The position numbers and the translations under genes are program-made. From Rotaria socialis (Eukaryota), in contig CAJNYD010000035.1 of the NCBI GenBank assembly GCA_905331295.1, positions 248,001 through 312,000 on the forward strand: a stretch of DNA of 64,000 bases, written 5' to 3'. Within the stretch, counting starts at the first letter, position 1; every line of letters begins with the position of its first letter. The notes beneath the pieces were generated by a model. That model saw nothing but the letters and a program-made list of their open reading frames with translations, was not told where the DNA came from and searched no databases. Below, piece by piece: positions 13,406 through 29,028 of the stretch.

Positions 13406-16161
13406 TTACAAGGATATGTCTGTTTTAAGCATAGCGATTGAACGTTGAATTGTATCATCCTAAAATTTAAAAAAAGCCGAATAAATTATAAAGAAAGCCA
13501 TGGAAACAATTAAAAGCAGGTTGATAAGAATTCACTCAAGACATGATAAAATTCATTTGATATAGGAACACTTCTATGAAAACAAATGATACAAGTAAGG
13601 ATTATGATTTGTTGTAGAAAATATCTTCTATATTTGTATCAATTGAAGAAATTTTCATATTGCATTTGGATGATACAATATGGTAATATTGATCGATTTG
13701 ATAAAGTAACAGAAGAGAATTTTAAAGTGAGAAACTAGTTGAATGTATTTCTTATGGTATGATAAAAACTCTAGTACATCCTAACAATCATTGAAAGGTA
13801 TGCGTATTAAATTTGAGTATTATCTGAGAAAAATAGCAACGCTAAAACAATGTGAGCCATTGGTATTTTTATCTTTTTATTCTTTTTTTAAATTTTTATC
13901 CAAATATTGGATTTTGCTTTTAATTACGTTAATATGTTGATATTCCGATTGACAAATGGCAAAGTACGGTTGTGTACTTATAACATGAGATTTAATCTAT
14001 GAAATTCTACTGATGCAATAAGAAACCTTGACGATATTTTGGCGATAAAAGAAATACGTCAGATATTTATATTTATTAAAACTGTAGCATTCAATAAAAT
14101 AGTTCATCTCCATTTAACTGAATTGCACTTATATATGAAGAAGTCTGGACTTTTTTCTCGAAAATTAAAGGCGTGTATTTATTAATTACCATATTTCCGT
14201 ATCGTTTTTTATTTTATCATTGATACGATAAATTGTAATTTTTGTTTTTGTAGGGAAATTTCGATTAAAAAATGATAATTTCAAATAAAAAGAAACATGA
14301 TAGTAAACATATTGTACATTTAATAGAAACAAAAACAAACGACCAATAAGTTTATTGAACATCCGAGTCTTATGACGATACTTTATTACTATATAAAAAA
14401 AGTGCTTTTAATTATTTACGAAGGTACGTTCATCTTCAACATATTTTTTACTTTACGTCAAGGAGTAAGATGAGGTCTTCTAGTTAAATAACTTATTTTC
14501 TTTTTGGAAATGATACGAAGTGTTAATTACCATCTAATTCTATTATAAAATTCTATCCTATTCTATTCATTATAAAAAAATCCAGAGTTCTAACTTCTGA
14601 TCTTTATGCATTTGTAATCGTAGTTCTAACATCTATGCTTCATGTGTCATTCTTTGCTTTTTGTTTTTTGTGCTTGAAAGATTTCACTTTATACTCATAG
14701 CTACTCATTATCTGCTTAGTCATATATGAAATAGAAGTACCATTAAGAAAATAATAGATGTTTTTGATCTTTGTTTTTATATTGCGGCGATGTGCTATGA
14801 TGTTCCCATTTATAGCTCAAGAAAAATTACATCGATTTGCTAGTCGGATACAGAACATTATTTCTCTATAGATTAGAACAACTCAAGAGAACGCTTGATG
14901 CATGATCAGCACAAGCATTCTTGTTAGTAGTAAGTGCATGTACCAAAAGCAAAAAAAGAAACGGAAGACATTAGCTCTCCAGCAAGGAATGTAGTGTTGA
15001 CTCGTATAGAAATTTACATTTATTATCATGTTATTCAAAAATAAAATTTTTCAGTCCACTACGTAAATTATAATTCGTCATTTCTCTTTCGTCTATTTGA
15101 TATATTGCAGGTCATTTGAATGAATTCCTTGTTTTTGCTGTTGCTCTCATAGATCTGCCCTAATCAATGAGTTAAAAAATAAAAACGACAAACCTGCAAA
15201 CAATATTGCAGAAAATCTTCTTTATACACAAGACCATTGCCATTTTTATCCCAACTCTTCAAGAGAAAACATAACGAAAATAGATAATTTTAGAATATGA
15301 AAGTAATTCATATACTTGAAATAATTTATCTGTACGCTCTTCAATAGCACTGGCAACAGATGCAAAATTAACTTTACCAACCGGTACCATTAGTTGAAAA
15401 ATCGATGCAACTATTTGACTTAATTCCTGATTAGAAATACAAAGAGAAACATTAAGAAAAGAAAAAGAATCTATTGTATTTAACCGTTCTTGTCAGCATT
15501 CCATCTTTATTTAAATCATATAAGTCAAATATCCAACCAAGACGAGCTTCAACAGAACCATGAATAAGTATGGATAATGTTGCGATCAGATCTTCAAATC
15601 GAATAAAACCACTGTTGGACCGATCAATATTTCGAAAAAGAAATGTTGCATAACGAAAACATTCTATGATGAAATATTGACTCCAGTTTTCAATACATGA
15701 AAAATAAAAATAAAAATGGAAAAACACACATACCGCCACCGGGAAATAATGTAGAGAATATTGATGAAAAATGAGCTTTGCTAACTTCACCCGATGGACA
15801 ATCCTATAATGAGGTTTTTTTCATTTAAAAGAAAACGATTAAAAACCTCAACAATATAACCATACTTGTTTGAACGATCGATATAGATGTCGAATTTCAT
15901 CTTTTGTAAAACTCGTTTTACGAAGAAGATCTGCCATTGAACAAGTTGGTTTTCGTACTGGATTTATCGATGCGGGATTTTCTGTTAATAATAAAATGAA
16001 TAAATAAATAAATAATAAAAAGGGCATATTTATTGATTAATGAACTACGTAAAAGGTGAGTATATAGATGTTTTTTGTTTACTTGAACGTGCTTTTAAAC
16101 TTAAGTTTAAACGACGAGCTCTGTTGAGTGTTTGTATTGACGTTTCGAACGCTTGCCACAT
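13406..16161 (-). CDS. Kv channel-interacting protein (KChIP)/neuronal calcium sensor family EF-hand protein
   Basis: Spliced translation: TSFTKDEIRHLYRSFKQ-DCPSG (inactive EF1), DRSNSGFIRFED, WIFDLYDLNKDGMLTRTE, WDKNGNGLVYKEDF. Terminal exon 13459-13406 reads DDTIQRSIAMLKTDISL*, resembling the KChIP C-terminal helix. First exon starts at 16161, with an alternative at 16470. Confidence 0.88.
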
Positions 16162-19100
16162 GATTGCAGATTTTTTTAATCCGTATTTTTGTTTATGTAT
16201 ATGTTTATGAATAAAAAAGAGCTTAAATCATGTACTAAGACTGTTAGTGTGTCTCTGATTATTGTAGCAAAAAAACAGAGAAGAAAAACGGAAGAAAAAA
16301 ATCTCACGAGAAATCAAAACGAATTCTGATAATGATGACGACGACGATGATTGCTTAGGAAGTTCCTGTTTAAACAATGGAAATTAATAGACACGATTCT
16401 TACCATTTTCAAATTTGTAACTGTTACCACTATCACCTCCGCCTCCACCTGCTGATCTTACAACATTCATCTGTGTAGCTTATGATCAACTGAAAAATAA
16501 AATGAACATGCACTTTGTATTGTTAGTGTAAAAGGCAAAAATGAGAATGACACTTTCAAGTGTTGAGCAAGGCTCTGTTGTTTTTTTTCTACTTTTTTCT
16601 TCTTTTGTTCACTTGCGAATGATTACCTTTTTTTTCTCTTCTATTATCTAGCCCTGAAGGATGAATGTGTATACGAGTATGTTCTGCATATGTGATTTCC
16701 GTCATAGGGTCACTGACTGATTTTTTCCTCAGTAATAAGCTAATAATTTTATTCTCGATTTACATTGAAAAAAATTTATCATTGAATATGACATAGTTCT
16801 GTTAATAGGAAAAAATAATATTGTTCTTTTCTAAAGCAAGATTTTGTTTTTAGAATGCTTTTTCATACATGAACCTGCAAAATAACATGAAAAACTATCC
16901 TAATTATTGCGTTACTCGATTAATTTACTTTTTTTCTCTATGAATAAGAATAATAACATATCCTACCAAGAACTTTTTGTCGGTAAAAAATACGACAACA
17001 AATAGAATACGGAAAGGCAAGACTATTCCGGATAATAAATGGTACTAACTAAATCAAAGCGAATAGCAACAACAATTGGTTTCAATCACGTTTCGCCTGA
17101 ATAGATGAAGGTTATGGCCAACTATTCCTGTTACTATTAGATATGATGACATGCGCCAATGCGCGCATGTCTCATATAGCAATCTGAATGCTAAACGATG
17201 CGACAATTGTTGAAGCTAGTAGTATTTAGAAAGCAAAGAAGGAAAGCAGTCGACGACGATGATGGCGATAACAGAGAAGAAGAAGAAGACGAAGACGAAG
17301 AAGGAAGTAAACGGCATTTTCCTATCAAATGCACAAATTTGTTAACAAAAGATTAAATGTACTGCAGGCATTTACATTATAATATATGTACGTTGACACC
17401 GGAGTATAGATCAAATTCCATTAAGAAAATCGCACATTAATGTGTCACGTACACAATCATTCATTTAACATAATCGAGAAATGTTTTCCTACAACTTAAC
17501 AAACAAAGTAACAGATAAAAATTGATACTATATATTGTATTTCAATCATATCAAGTAGATTTTATTGCAAACGATAACAACAGTAATTGAATCTTCAATA
17601 ATTGTTTATACGTTAAAGTTTGTTTTAAATCGAATAGGAAGCCATAGAAGAAAACATATGTAAAACTTATAATCTAAATCAAACTACCTTAGAATTTCTG
17701 ATATGACATTGCGTTGATTTGTCAATTAACATAAAAATAATTGAATTAAATGATATTTATTAATAAAAACTAAATCAGACTAAGTGATTTTTGTTCGAAA
17801 AAATTAGATTTTATCTCAGTTACAAGCACTCATAAGATATTTGGTAATCAATCAAACAAAATAAATCGTGAACTGTTTCGAACCAATAGAAGGCTTCTTT
17901 TCCCTAGATAATAATCATTCTTTTAATCAAAACCGTTTGCATGCACTTTATACAAGTGTTTTTACAATCGAAAATCATACTATTAATTATATTGACGTAG
18001 TTTGTATGCTTTTATTACTTGCCGAATATATGATTCGATATTTCTCTCGTAATAGTGTTCACGTATTAATCTACACTTTGAAACAAGGAGTGTATAGGCT
18101 AAATATTAGTTGTCGGTGTCATCAACAAATTATTGAGTGAACTGTTCTAAAAATAAAAAACTATCTAGATATCGAAATCAAATAATCTTCTAGTTTTAGT
18201 GCAATGAAAACTCAACTGTCAAGCATTGATTCAATGTAAATTTTTGGTTAATAAATAAGATTTTTGTCTGATTAATCGAAATTTATTCCGTGTTCAGTGA
18301 ATTTTATGATATGATCTCTTCAGTGCTTACAACGATATTAATAATAACCTGATCTAGGACATTCGTGTTTGATTATTTTTGTTTAGCTTTCAAAGATAGT
18401 TTTTAAAAACTGCAAAAAACTACAGTGCGAATGAATGTATCTAAGATTAGATATTGAATGGCTAAACAACCATAAAGGCAGCTGTTATATCGTACAGACA
18501 AAAGGATGGAATCTATTTAACATAGATATTGAATATGAAAAGAAAAATAGCTTTGTTTGAACTGAAACTTGTTAGAACTTTTTACCGATTTTAAAACATG
18601 TATATAAATAAATTACCAATGAAAAATCTCTTAATTTAAATTTTGAAGAATATCTATTTTGAATATAGTAATTAGGAAATAAACCAATAATTTTAGCTAA
18701 ATAATTGATAAATCACAGCCTATATGCAAGTTTCCATCGTTTACATCCAGTACTACTTCTCAGCTGTGTATGTGCTCAAATGATGTTCTATAATTAAGAT
18801 TTTTTCCCAATAAGCTTGATTAAAGAATAAATGTTTATATATCGGAAAAAAATTATTTGACATGACTGACATTTTCATTTTCTACTTATCGTTATTGCAT
18901 ATGTAGGAAAGTACCATTATTGACACATACTTAAATAGGATTCGATCTTGAATATTGTTTGTTTCTATGTTCAATATCGTTTCATATAAGTATTTTCTAT
19001 TGTAATTCAGTAATATTCATGTAAATTAACAATGAAAAATTAAAATATATGCACATGATCTACTGCTTGAATGAAAATTTTATATGATAAATAGTCTTTT

Positions 19101-20892
19101 GAAACAAACTATGGAAAATATCATTTATTATTATGTTTTTTAATCATTTCATTCTTATCTGTAAACCACAACAAAAAAGAAAATAACGATAGCAAAAATC
19201 TATTTTATTTCATATTGATTTGCATAACTCTGCTTTATCTTTATAGTCGCATCAACAAATCCATTCATCTTACATTTCCTTTCTTTAGAATATATCTACT
19301 ATTCCCAATTTCACCAATTGATTGCCATCTATAAACTAGTGTATAGACAAAGAATAAGAATCATTAAACATCATACTGATAAATCCAGTATACTTATATT
19401 GTTATTACTCGCTTATTTGAGTGGAGTCTGAGTCGTAATCTTGAAATGTCATGGTTGATGCACAGCAGGCAAAAAACATGTTGTTTTATCTTCCAATTCT
19501 ACTAAAGACAATTACAGAACTCTGAAAAGAGCATAATAATTAAACATATGGATTTAATATTGCTAGTTTCGACATTCTCTATCTGTACAAATAAAGACAC
19601 ATACAAGATCACAAACAAGAAGAAAAACAAATAGATTTAAAAAGAAAACATGAACGAAAAAACAGAGAATCAGAAGAAAATCTACTAAATTCGACCAGGA
19701 TCATCTTGTAATGAAAAGTAATACATTTGTTTATTTGTTGTTTGTCCGCCAGCTGTACTACCAATACCGAAAAAACTAGTTTGTGTATCCAATAAATTGA
19801 TTCTCTACAATGAGATTATAATAACAAAGGTTATGGATAATAAAACTTAAGCGGAAATTATCCAAGAGACAATCATTTAGTGTTTGTTCATCCAGAAAAA
19901 CCGAGAGCATGATCTAAGAATAAGATATCTTCTATCGTTAATTGACTCATGGAAATGTTATCATTTTAGTCGACGAAAAAGAAGAAAATGACAAGAGCGA
20001 CATGCGTAACAAATCACTTTCTGATGGAAAACACGTACGCACATATCATTTAGTATCTTATACAAATGAAGGGAAAGAAACAATGAGAATAACATCTGTT
20101 TGACATTGAGAGAGTGAGAGAAGGAATATGGAAGTTTATCAATATGACAGTCGTCGCAACGACGTTTCTCATAAAGAAGACATGATAATCTAACAATACA
20201 ATGTTTATATATATATATATATAACTTTTTTTTTTACCGATTGCTGATAGACATTGTTAATTAAGCAGATCGAGGTACAAATATACGTATGGATTCAATC
20301 GTCGTCAGAGAACATGAAGAATGATGGCCTGTTGATAGAATTGTTCCAAACCACTTTTTCTCTCTTAGTGTTACTTTGATTGATCTACGTAAAACATGTA
20401 TAATCATTAAGGCGGGCTTGACAAAATACAGAGCGCTAATGTACGCATTATATATGGATAATATGACATGTAAAATCAGACTACTAAGGAAATAAAAAAG
20501 ATAAATGATAGTGGACAAAAAAATTATAGAGCACATACAATATGCATCTGGCTGCAGCATATATATTTATATAGATAAATATGAATATAATCGTATAATT
20601 AAGGCAAGAATTTTTAAAAGTTATAAATATTAGTTGTGGTGCCCTCTAATATTTAGTGTCAAAGTAATCTGTAATGAACCATTGATGAATGCAATTTATT
20701 GAAATTTAAGAAGCAAAACCATGTAGATATAAATACTTTCCCCAAAATATCTCTTGCTTTGCTTTATTAATCATTTCTATCTTTCATGAAGCTCAATATC
20801 ATGCATATGCGTGACAAAAACGAAAGAAAAAAAATAAAACGAACAGAAAATCAAAGATCAAGTTTTACAGAATACAAAGTTATCTCACTCTT

Positions 20893-22333
20893 TTAAATAT
20901 CATCACGACCAGCACCCGAGTCGAACAGGCGCCCACTCACCTGTCTTCCTCCACCTTGGCCAGTCCTTGTTGATGATTGATTAACTGCTGATGAAACACC
21001 CGATCCAGTAGTCGATCCAGGCCCACCAGCACTTCCTACGCGTTTATAAAACTGCCATAATTGTTGTATCAATTCTGTGACAACTAAATCACTTGAATTA
21101 TACGCAAGAAGTCTTAATATAAGTACGCCATCATGTTGTAAGTAACGATGTATGAATTCTTTTGCTGGCATTCGTCGTAGATGTGTGTCACTTTGCATTA
21201 GTTCAAGGCGTTTCTTTATATAAGCATAACGTACTCGACCAAATGAACGAACAAACCATGCCAATAAATCGTATGTATTACATACAGTTAAAAAGGCTAA
21301 CCAAAACCAAATAAATAAAAATGCTTTTTCATTAAACAGATTAATTGGTAGCACACACTAATATGTAGTAAAAAGAAAAAGAAAACAGATATATTTCTAT
21401 TTTAATTCTTTTGTTTTTGCAAACTGACCTGTACGGTATGAACATGAACATTTTGTATATTTCTAACGGCAAATTCGCACATAGTTACACGTGGAAAATA
21501 AATTGATTCGGCAAGTTCTTCTCCATTTAAAATTTTTTTTATTAAATCAACTCCATATGAAGCAAAATTATGACCCAAAAAGATATTTAACAAAAATAAT
21601 TGTCCGACAGAATTGACGATGAATAGAATTTTGGTAACGAAAAAAAGAATTAACAAATATGAACCCATATGACGTCCGGGCACACATAGAATAAATGCTA
21701 GAAAACGACGTATGAAGTCAAAACGTTTTCGTTTCCGTTTACGCATATAAACATACTGATCTATAGATCTTGTTAAATAGGTTATGATTTTATTTCGATC
21801 TTCGAAACGATCGGCTGTTTGATAATTTAATGCAGCATCGACTAGATTAACAATATTGATACCTGATTTAGCTGATAGGGAACGCCATAGCATGCGTGGT
21901 AGATAGAATAGGACAGCTTGGAACAGTAATATAAAGGGAGTCCACTGGTAATACTATAATTTAAATTCAGAAAAAAAAACATATTTTAAGTTAAAATTTC
22001 TTTTTATTTCATTTTTCCTCAGCTAATTACCTTGACAACACGAGTTTTTTTCTTATTTTCGTCTAAAGGTAATGTTTCAGCAGTGGCAACATAATATGTA
22101 TTTGACACCCAACATATATTATTTGAATAAACTTCATATGAACGTGTGAAGTGTCCAGGTACCCAACAAGCAATATGATCCGAGGAAAACTGTTTATTAG
22201 AGACAATAATTGAAAATATGACTAAAATGATAACTGTATATTTATAATTTAAACGATCGACTGTACATGTATCACTACGATGAGGTCCGAGAACCGAAAA
22301 AGGTAAACGTGATACAGTAGCAAATAAATCCAT
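20893..22333 (-). CDS. Innexin (gap junction protein)
   Basis: Three exons, 22333-22031, 21953-21429 and 21357-20893. Signature motifs DRLNYKYT, IACWVP, ICWVSNTY, YYQW, FPRVTMCEF and QCVLPINLFNEKAFLFIWFW. Confidence 0.96.
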
Positions 22334-23198
22334 TGTAGTTGTCTTCGATCAATAACCTAATTAAACAATGACAACGTTCGGATGCCATGCGTAGGCGACA
22401 TGAACATAACATTGACATCGACGAAACAAAAGAAAGAACAGATAACGAATTTGAACAAGAATATTTATAATAATAATTTATATAAATAATAATTGATCAT
22501 AATTTCAAAATTTCTTGATTATCAGCTGTATATAGTTAAAAACCTAGATGTAAAGAAATAAAAAAAGAACAATCGATTGGCATATATATATATATTGTTG
22601 TAAAATTCGAGCGAATGATATATCTTGGACAATCTATCGCTATCTTTAGCAAAAAAAAGATAGTTATGGGCATCATTTGCATTTTCTCTCTTGCTCTCTC
22701 TTCTCTCTTCTCTCTTCTCTCTTCTCTCCTTCTCTATGTCTCTCTCTCTATTCGTTGTTGTCTTTCTTCTCTTCGTTATCTCTCATTTGTATACAACAAA
22801 AATCTCCCGTTGTCATCCCTAAATCCTCTCTTGATGCTCTCGAAACCTATGGTAAAGAAGAAGAAAAAAACTGCAAGAACGCCAATTAAATGAAGAGGAT
22901 GATGAAGACACGGTGATTACACTACATCCGTTTCCCCGTACTGGTAACGGACGATCGGACAGCGCAGGGAATCTCTCGCTCCCGCTCCCTATCGCTCTCA
23001 CTATCTTCACTTTACTTTATTCTACTGATGGCTGGACTTCCGAGAAGAGAAAGAAGGGAAACTGGTGATGGAATAATTGATTACAGCTGTATATAAAGAC
23101 AAGGAGAGACAGCTCCAGTTTCTGTCTCATCAAACAAATAATGCTCGATTGATACTACTCAATAGGAACAAAAAACGAGCATGAGATTTAGCCGTACC

Positions 23199-23232
<34 letters not shown>

Positions 23233-26200
23233 GTCTATATGCCGACGGAGACAACATGTTGTTTGATGAGATACATAATAAGAGAGTTCTCCAAATAATG
23301 CCACTTAATACTTCTCTTTCCCTTTCTCTCTTTTCGCTCTTCTGGAAAAGTCATTTGTCATCATCATAATCATTGAGAAGAACACCACCCTGTCCATTCT
23401 ATACAAAGAAGCATGGCCATTCTATCTTTACACATATATTACCTGTAAGAGAAAATTGACGGCTTCATTATCATCATTGCTTTTGTCTAGCTTTTATCTA
23501 TCTGTAATTTCCTTTCCCCTCTCTCTCTCTCTCTCTCTATCTCTCTCTGCCTCTTATTCAATACGAATTCCCAGTGGACGAGCGCTTGGTTCCGGCCTCT
23601 CGAGTTGATTATCAAAATATTATCCTATCCGCATTGCACTAGTACTGCTGTCACCATCTCCTCGCCATCGTCTTTACTGTTGTCGACAAAAGGCGGAAAG
23701 CTTTTTTTTCTAGCGAGCAAAAGAATCGAAATGATTTTGAATCGCGAGAGCACATAGTTAACCAGAACTTCTGTACGATGATGTGCTTCGATTGCAGCTT
23801 TTCTTCTCTTTACGACAACAATGGCGAACGGAAAGAAACGATTAACAGCAATGGAAAACTCGAGAAAGAAAGACAGAGCAAAAAAAATCCACGAAGACAT
23901 GCAAAGATAGATAGAAAAGAGAAAGTAGCTGTGGTGATTAAGATCAAGGTCATTGAAGAATAGTAGGCTTAATGATTCAGCAGGGGAACATATTAAATAA
24001 TTTTGTTAGTTATTTAACATTAGTCGAACAGATATATTAAAAGAAGGCAAGAAAAATATACATACCATTTGACTTTTGCCATTGTTAATAAGTATTATTC
24101 GTTGATTTAATCATATACTAATTTATAATATAGTCTGTTAGCATATTGACTCACGACTGTATAGATAATATCTGACGATTATCTGAAATGACAATTACAA
24201 CAGCAACAAACAACTAACTAAAAATGAATTACAATATCGATAGTATTGAACATTTGAATTGATCTGATAGAATATATAATTTAGGAACAAACACTGTGAA
24301 AGAAAGGATAATTATAATTTGTAATCGAATGAAATTTCAGAATGCAAGAAGTTTTAGCCTCCATACATTCCACAAAACAAATAGAAGAATTTTTGCTACT
24401 AAGAATAATTATAGTGTGACGAAGCCTAAACTAACTTGATGAAGTTTTCAAATGATGTAACGTATATCAATTTATATGCTTGTTTTCTCTTCTACTTCGT
24501 ATTGATCTCGATCGTTTCTACTTTGTTAATTATTAATTATTGTGTTAACTACAAGTATTAAATGACGAATTCTGACATAAACATAAATCTAAATGATTTT
24601 TAACTAACGATGACAACAATATGATACTGATATGAAAGAAAGACATTCACTACTAGAATTACATCCACCCCAACAATTTAGATAACAGATATGGTTTCCG
24701 TCTGTAATATAAGTATAAAAAGGAGAAAAAAGGAAAATGCAAAGAGAGCATCTTCACACTCGGTATTAGTTTTGCTTTTAGTTACGAGAGCGATCATAAA
24801 TAAGAAATAAAATTCGAACTCTTTTTCTCCCCCTGTCGCCTCTCTCTCTCTCTCTCTCTCTCTATTCCTATCTTCATCATTTCTCTTGTATTCACAATGA
24901 TGTCGCTCAAGTGGTTTGCCTGTAAATTGCTCATGCACGCATAGACAAAGACGCAAGAAAATGATATATATTTCTTTTTCTTTTTTTTTTGAAGACGGTT
25001 TCTAATTATCACATTAGTTTTTTCTTTTTCCCCGTGTAGTTGAACGAACAAAAACAAGAAGAGTAAACTAGAAAATAGTGAGACTAACAACTAAAGCAAC
25101 TGTTAGCATGAACAAAGAGAAATATAATTCAATTGTGCGTTTACATGAAAAAATTTCCTTACTCGTACAGTAGTTTTAGAAGCAGTAGTGAGGCAGGAAG
25201 TGAACATCCCGTCGTTATCTCTCTACATGTCATTTGGATTAGATACTTGCAGTTTGCGTGTTGTCATTGTGATTGCATGTGAGCAAGAAAGCTCGTCTGT
25301 CTAACATTACAGAAAACAAGTAGTTGATCATCTCACCAACGAGAAAAAGGAGAAGACACGCACATCGATGCTCAAACAGATCCGCCCCTTATTTATAGCG
25401 CTTTGAGAAAAGAGACGAGAGAATAGTGTGGGGAAAATATACAACAATTGTGAGTGTTTCATGTTGATTGTATTATTTGCACCATCGCCATTACCATCAG
25501 CGAGCTGTAATGCATGTTGTAAAAGCAGCAAGAGTTTCACATTATTAAATGACAACTACCATCCTTACACTTCTACAGACAGTGAAATCCGCTGAGAATA
25601 GCTGTCATCATTCGGATTTTTTTTGAGAGCAAGGCGAAGGGTGAGAAAAACTGCAACAAATAACTGTAGTCGTCAAATAACTGAGTAGACGAAGAGAAAA
25701 CACTAAGAAGAGTGGTGTGAGAAAATCTTGATCTGCCTCTCTCTCTCTCTCTCTCTTTCTCACTGATCACTCACACATATACACATAGACGAGCACTAAA
25801 GAGATCGTAGTTCTATCTCAAGAGCGTTATCAAGCCCGGCAGCTAAAGAAAGAAAAAAAAGATATTATCAAATGCTATGGACGACGAAATGTTTATAAAT
25901 ATAAATTGTAATGAACTATCAAGAAATTTTTTTTTATATTGCAATATCTTCTTTAAATGCAAAGAAATTCATATGATAACAATGATGATACTATTAGGAA
26001 TAATAAACTTAAAGCTTGCTACAAATATTACCAACAATAATGACAAAATTTTTGATGATAAAGTTAACAATAGAATTGAAATAAACAAAGTTTTTCTTCT
26101 TGATTCTTTTTTTTCTTTAGAACAATACATAAAATAAAAATGATTGACACTTTCTAATAATCTGAAATGATGATAAAACAAGCAGACAATGATACTCAAT

Positions 26201-29028
26201 ATTCCCAGACGGACAACTATCAATATCAAGGCAAACTGACTATAAATGTCGACTGATATTGACACAGCGTGCATATCCACAGTATGGTGTCTATTTAGTT
26301 ATCAACTTCAGATGTCGCTTGTGCCTAAAAGTATATCTTAAACTATCATCAAGTCTTATCATCAACTTCATCATAACAAAAGATATTTGTCAATTAAGAA
26401 GAACTATTGACTATAATGTTGTGATGTACATACGTACATGCATATATATATATATATATATCTCAAATTTGCATGTGCATGCGCGTGTACTTCTTTTTAG
26501 TGCTTTCTTACTACATATACCAACACTGCTACTGTCACAGTAACTAATTTGATTCTACTCCACCTATTTGATTAATATATTGAGCATTTTCTTCGATTAT
26601 TACACGAATACAAACGATCGATCAACTTTGTATCTATTTCTTGAACAAACATCATTCATGATTTGTTTGTAAGAATATCAATCTTTCTCGTTCAATCATA
26701 TATACACATAATTCATCGTCATCGATGATGAAAATGACGGCACAACTTCTACATTCTATCCCTAGAGGCGTTTCCTATACTAGTTCACCATCAATAAACA
26801 TCACGAGAACAAGAGTGAATGAAAGAAACTCAAATATTTGTTAGGAATAAATACAGACACAGATGGCATGAGAAAAATCTTTTTCTTTCACACTTTTTTT
26901 CTTAATCACGAACGTCTAGTTGTCTAGAATATATTGATGTCGGTGAAAACATATAATAATCAAAAGAGAGCTGAGTTGAGCATCATGAACTGGCGTTGTG
27001 TGCCCACACGCATGACAGACAAAAGAAACATGTCAATTGTAGTATTCGGTAGAAAAAAGTAACATGCGATTTGTTGTCATCATCACTTCATCACTAAAAT
27101 GACAGATTAGTTTATATATACATATACATATATAGTAAGATAAAGAAAAATGAGAAATGAATAAAAACATCAACTATTACATTTTCAGTAAAACCACAAA
27201 TAAAATAATAGCAATGTTTTTATTTTTTTTTCCCACTTATGATTGATTTTAATCATAGATGATTGATTATTAATGGGAAATGTTATTTTTGAATATATAT
27301 TTTATTTTTATTTTTTTCTTTCTTTTTCTTTTTCTTTTTCTTATCTTTATCTTATCTCTAGCTGTTATCTTATTTCGGTTCTTCGTATTGCTGGTGATTA
27401 GACGTCAATGGCAGGAAATGACGAGTTCCGCCTTTGCCTTTGCCTTTGCCTTTGCACACTACTTTCTTATTACACACATAACCATACATCAATCTATGTA
27501 GACGAAAGTCGATTACGAATAAAAAATAGGCTCAATTGACTTTCGCAACAAAAGAGACAGAAAAAAAGAATGAAATGAAATTAGCATGCAATAAAATGCA
27601 ACAACCTACCTGACTGAACGATCAGTTAATATGTAAGATTGTTCTACAATCACTATACATGCGCTGTCGAAACTGTACTATTTGTATTTGTATAGTAGGA
27701 AGAATATGGATTTTTGATTGACAGCACTGTGAAAAGCGATGCAGGAAAAGAAACATCAGAAGAAAGCGATAGACAAGAAGAAAAAAGGAGAGCACTGTGT
27801 GAGATGGCATGAAGATGATCAGAAATCATTATTTCTGTTACTGTTTGGCAAAGTTCATCATTACCAATCATGAATAGTTTTTACGACGTAAAGCTTGTAT
27901 TGCTAAACTAAGAGATGAGAACGAGTAAGAGAAAGAGAAAGAGAAATGACAAGGTGTTTCCTTTCGGTCTTAGTATACATACATTCCTATGCTTTAGTTT
28001 GTTCCAGAACATGCACATCAACAACAACAAATAGCAATAAAGTCTGTGTATATATGTCAATATAGATAGAGAAAGGAAAACTACTGTAGAGCTTGTGAAT
28101 AGCAGCAAAGGAGCTATTCTTTTTCTTTGCTTTCTCATATCATACCAAACAATCGACATGCTACTAATATGGAAGATAGATAACTGCTGTTATTACTATT
28201 ATTACGTATACTGTCGTTATGTCTCTTCATTTTTCTTACTTCATCTCATGCACACACACACACATATATATATATATATACTTATGTATTTTTGAACACA
28301 ATCTCTTTATGAACTGTATACTTCACATGAATATAGAATTAAACCTGAGAGAAAATGAATGAATTTTTTTAGTTTTCATATTCTTATCATATTCTCAGTA
28401 TCTACTTAAGTAAGACAATAATTTCTTTTTCTTTTCTTGATCTTATTCCAATAACAAAAAGAAATTTTTATTGCTATTAATTTGACCACATAATTTGTAT
28501 CTGACATACTAATATAGAGCGTAACTAATAGAAAGACATTAACAAAAGACGAGAGAGATAGAGAGAAACAAATTTGAAACGAATCGATTAGGCTAAGCAG
28601 AGAGTGAGAATTGTGCTTAGTCGTCACCCTTATGCCCCATGTGTAAATAGAAATCAATGGAAATGATTGTTTCCAAAAAGAAAGAGAAAGAAAGACGTAA
28701 GAAACACACAAGAGGGAAGAAAAAAAATGAAGAGATAGAGGAGGAAAACGATGGAAATGCAATGTTGTCTTTTGCATATCTGATTGAGTTCTATTAGTGC
28801 TTCAAATCAGTTCTTTTTTTTTTTATTCTTTGAACGATTAATAAATGAAAGTAATAAGAGCGTTAAAATGCAAAAAAATATGAAGGAAAAGAAAAGGTCC
28901 TTGTACATCTGTAAACAACATATACAATAGAGAATGGTACAAACAAAAAACGATGATAAGAATAGCTGGGAGGGAAATGGGCGGGAGATTGACGGTGAGA
29001 GTGAAACTTGTTCAATAGTTATGATCGG

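Noticed and set aside
15112..15159. Proximal alternative last exon for the KChIP-like gene (GRSMRATAKTRNSFK*)
   Set aside because: It would need a 34-nt intron, shorter than the well-supported introns here. The distal exon at 13459-13406 matches the family C-terminus.
22615..28777. Many short hydrophobic or Lys/Arg-rich ORFs
   Set aside because: Products of (CT)n/(GA)n and poly-T/A tracts; no coherent exon chain found.
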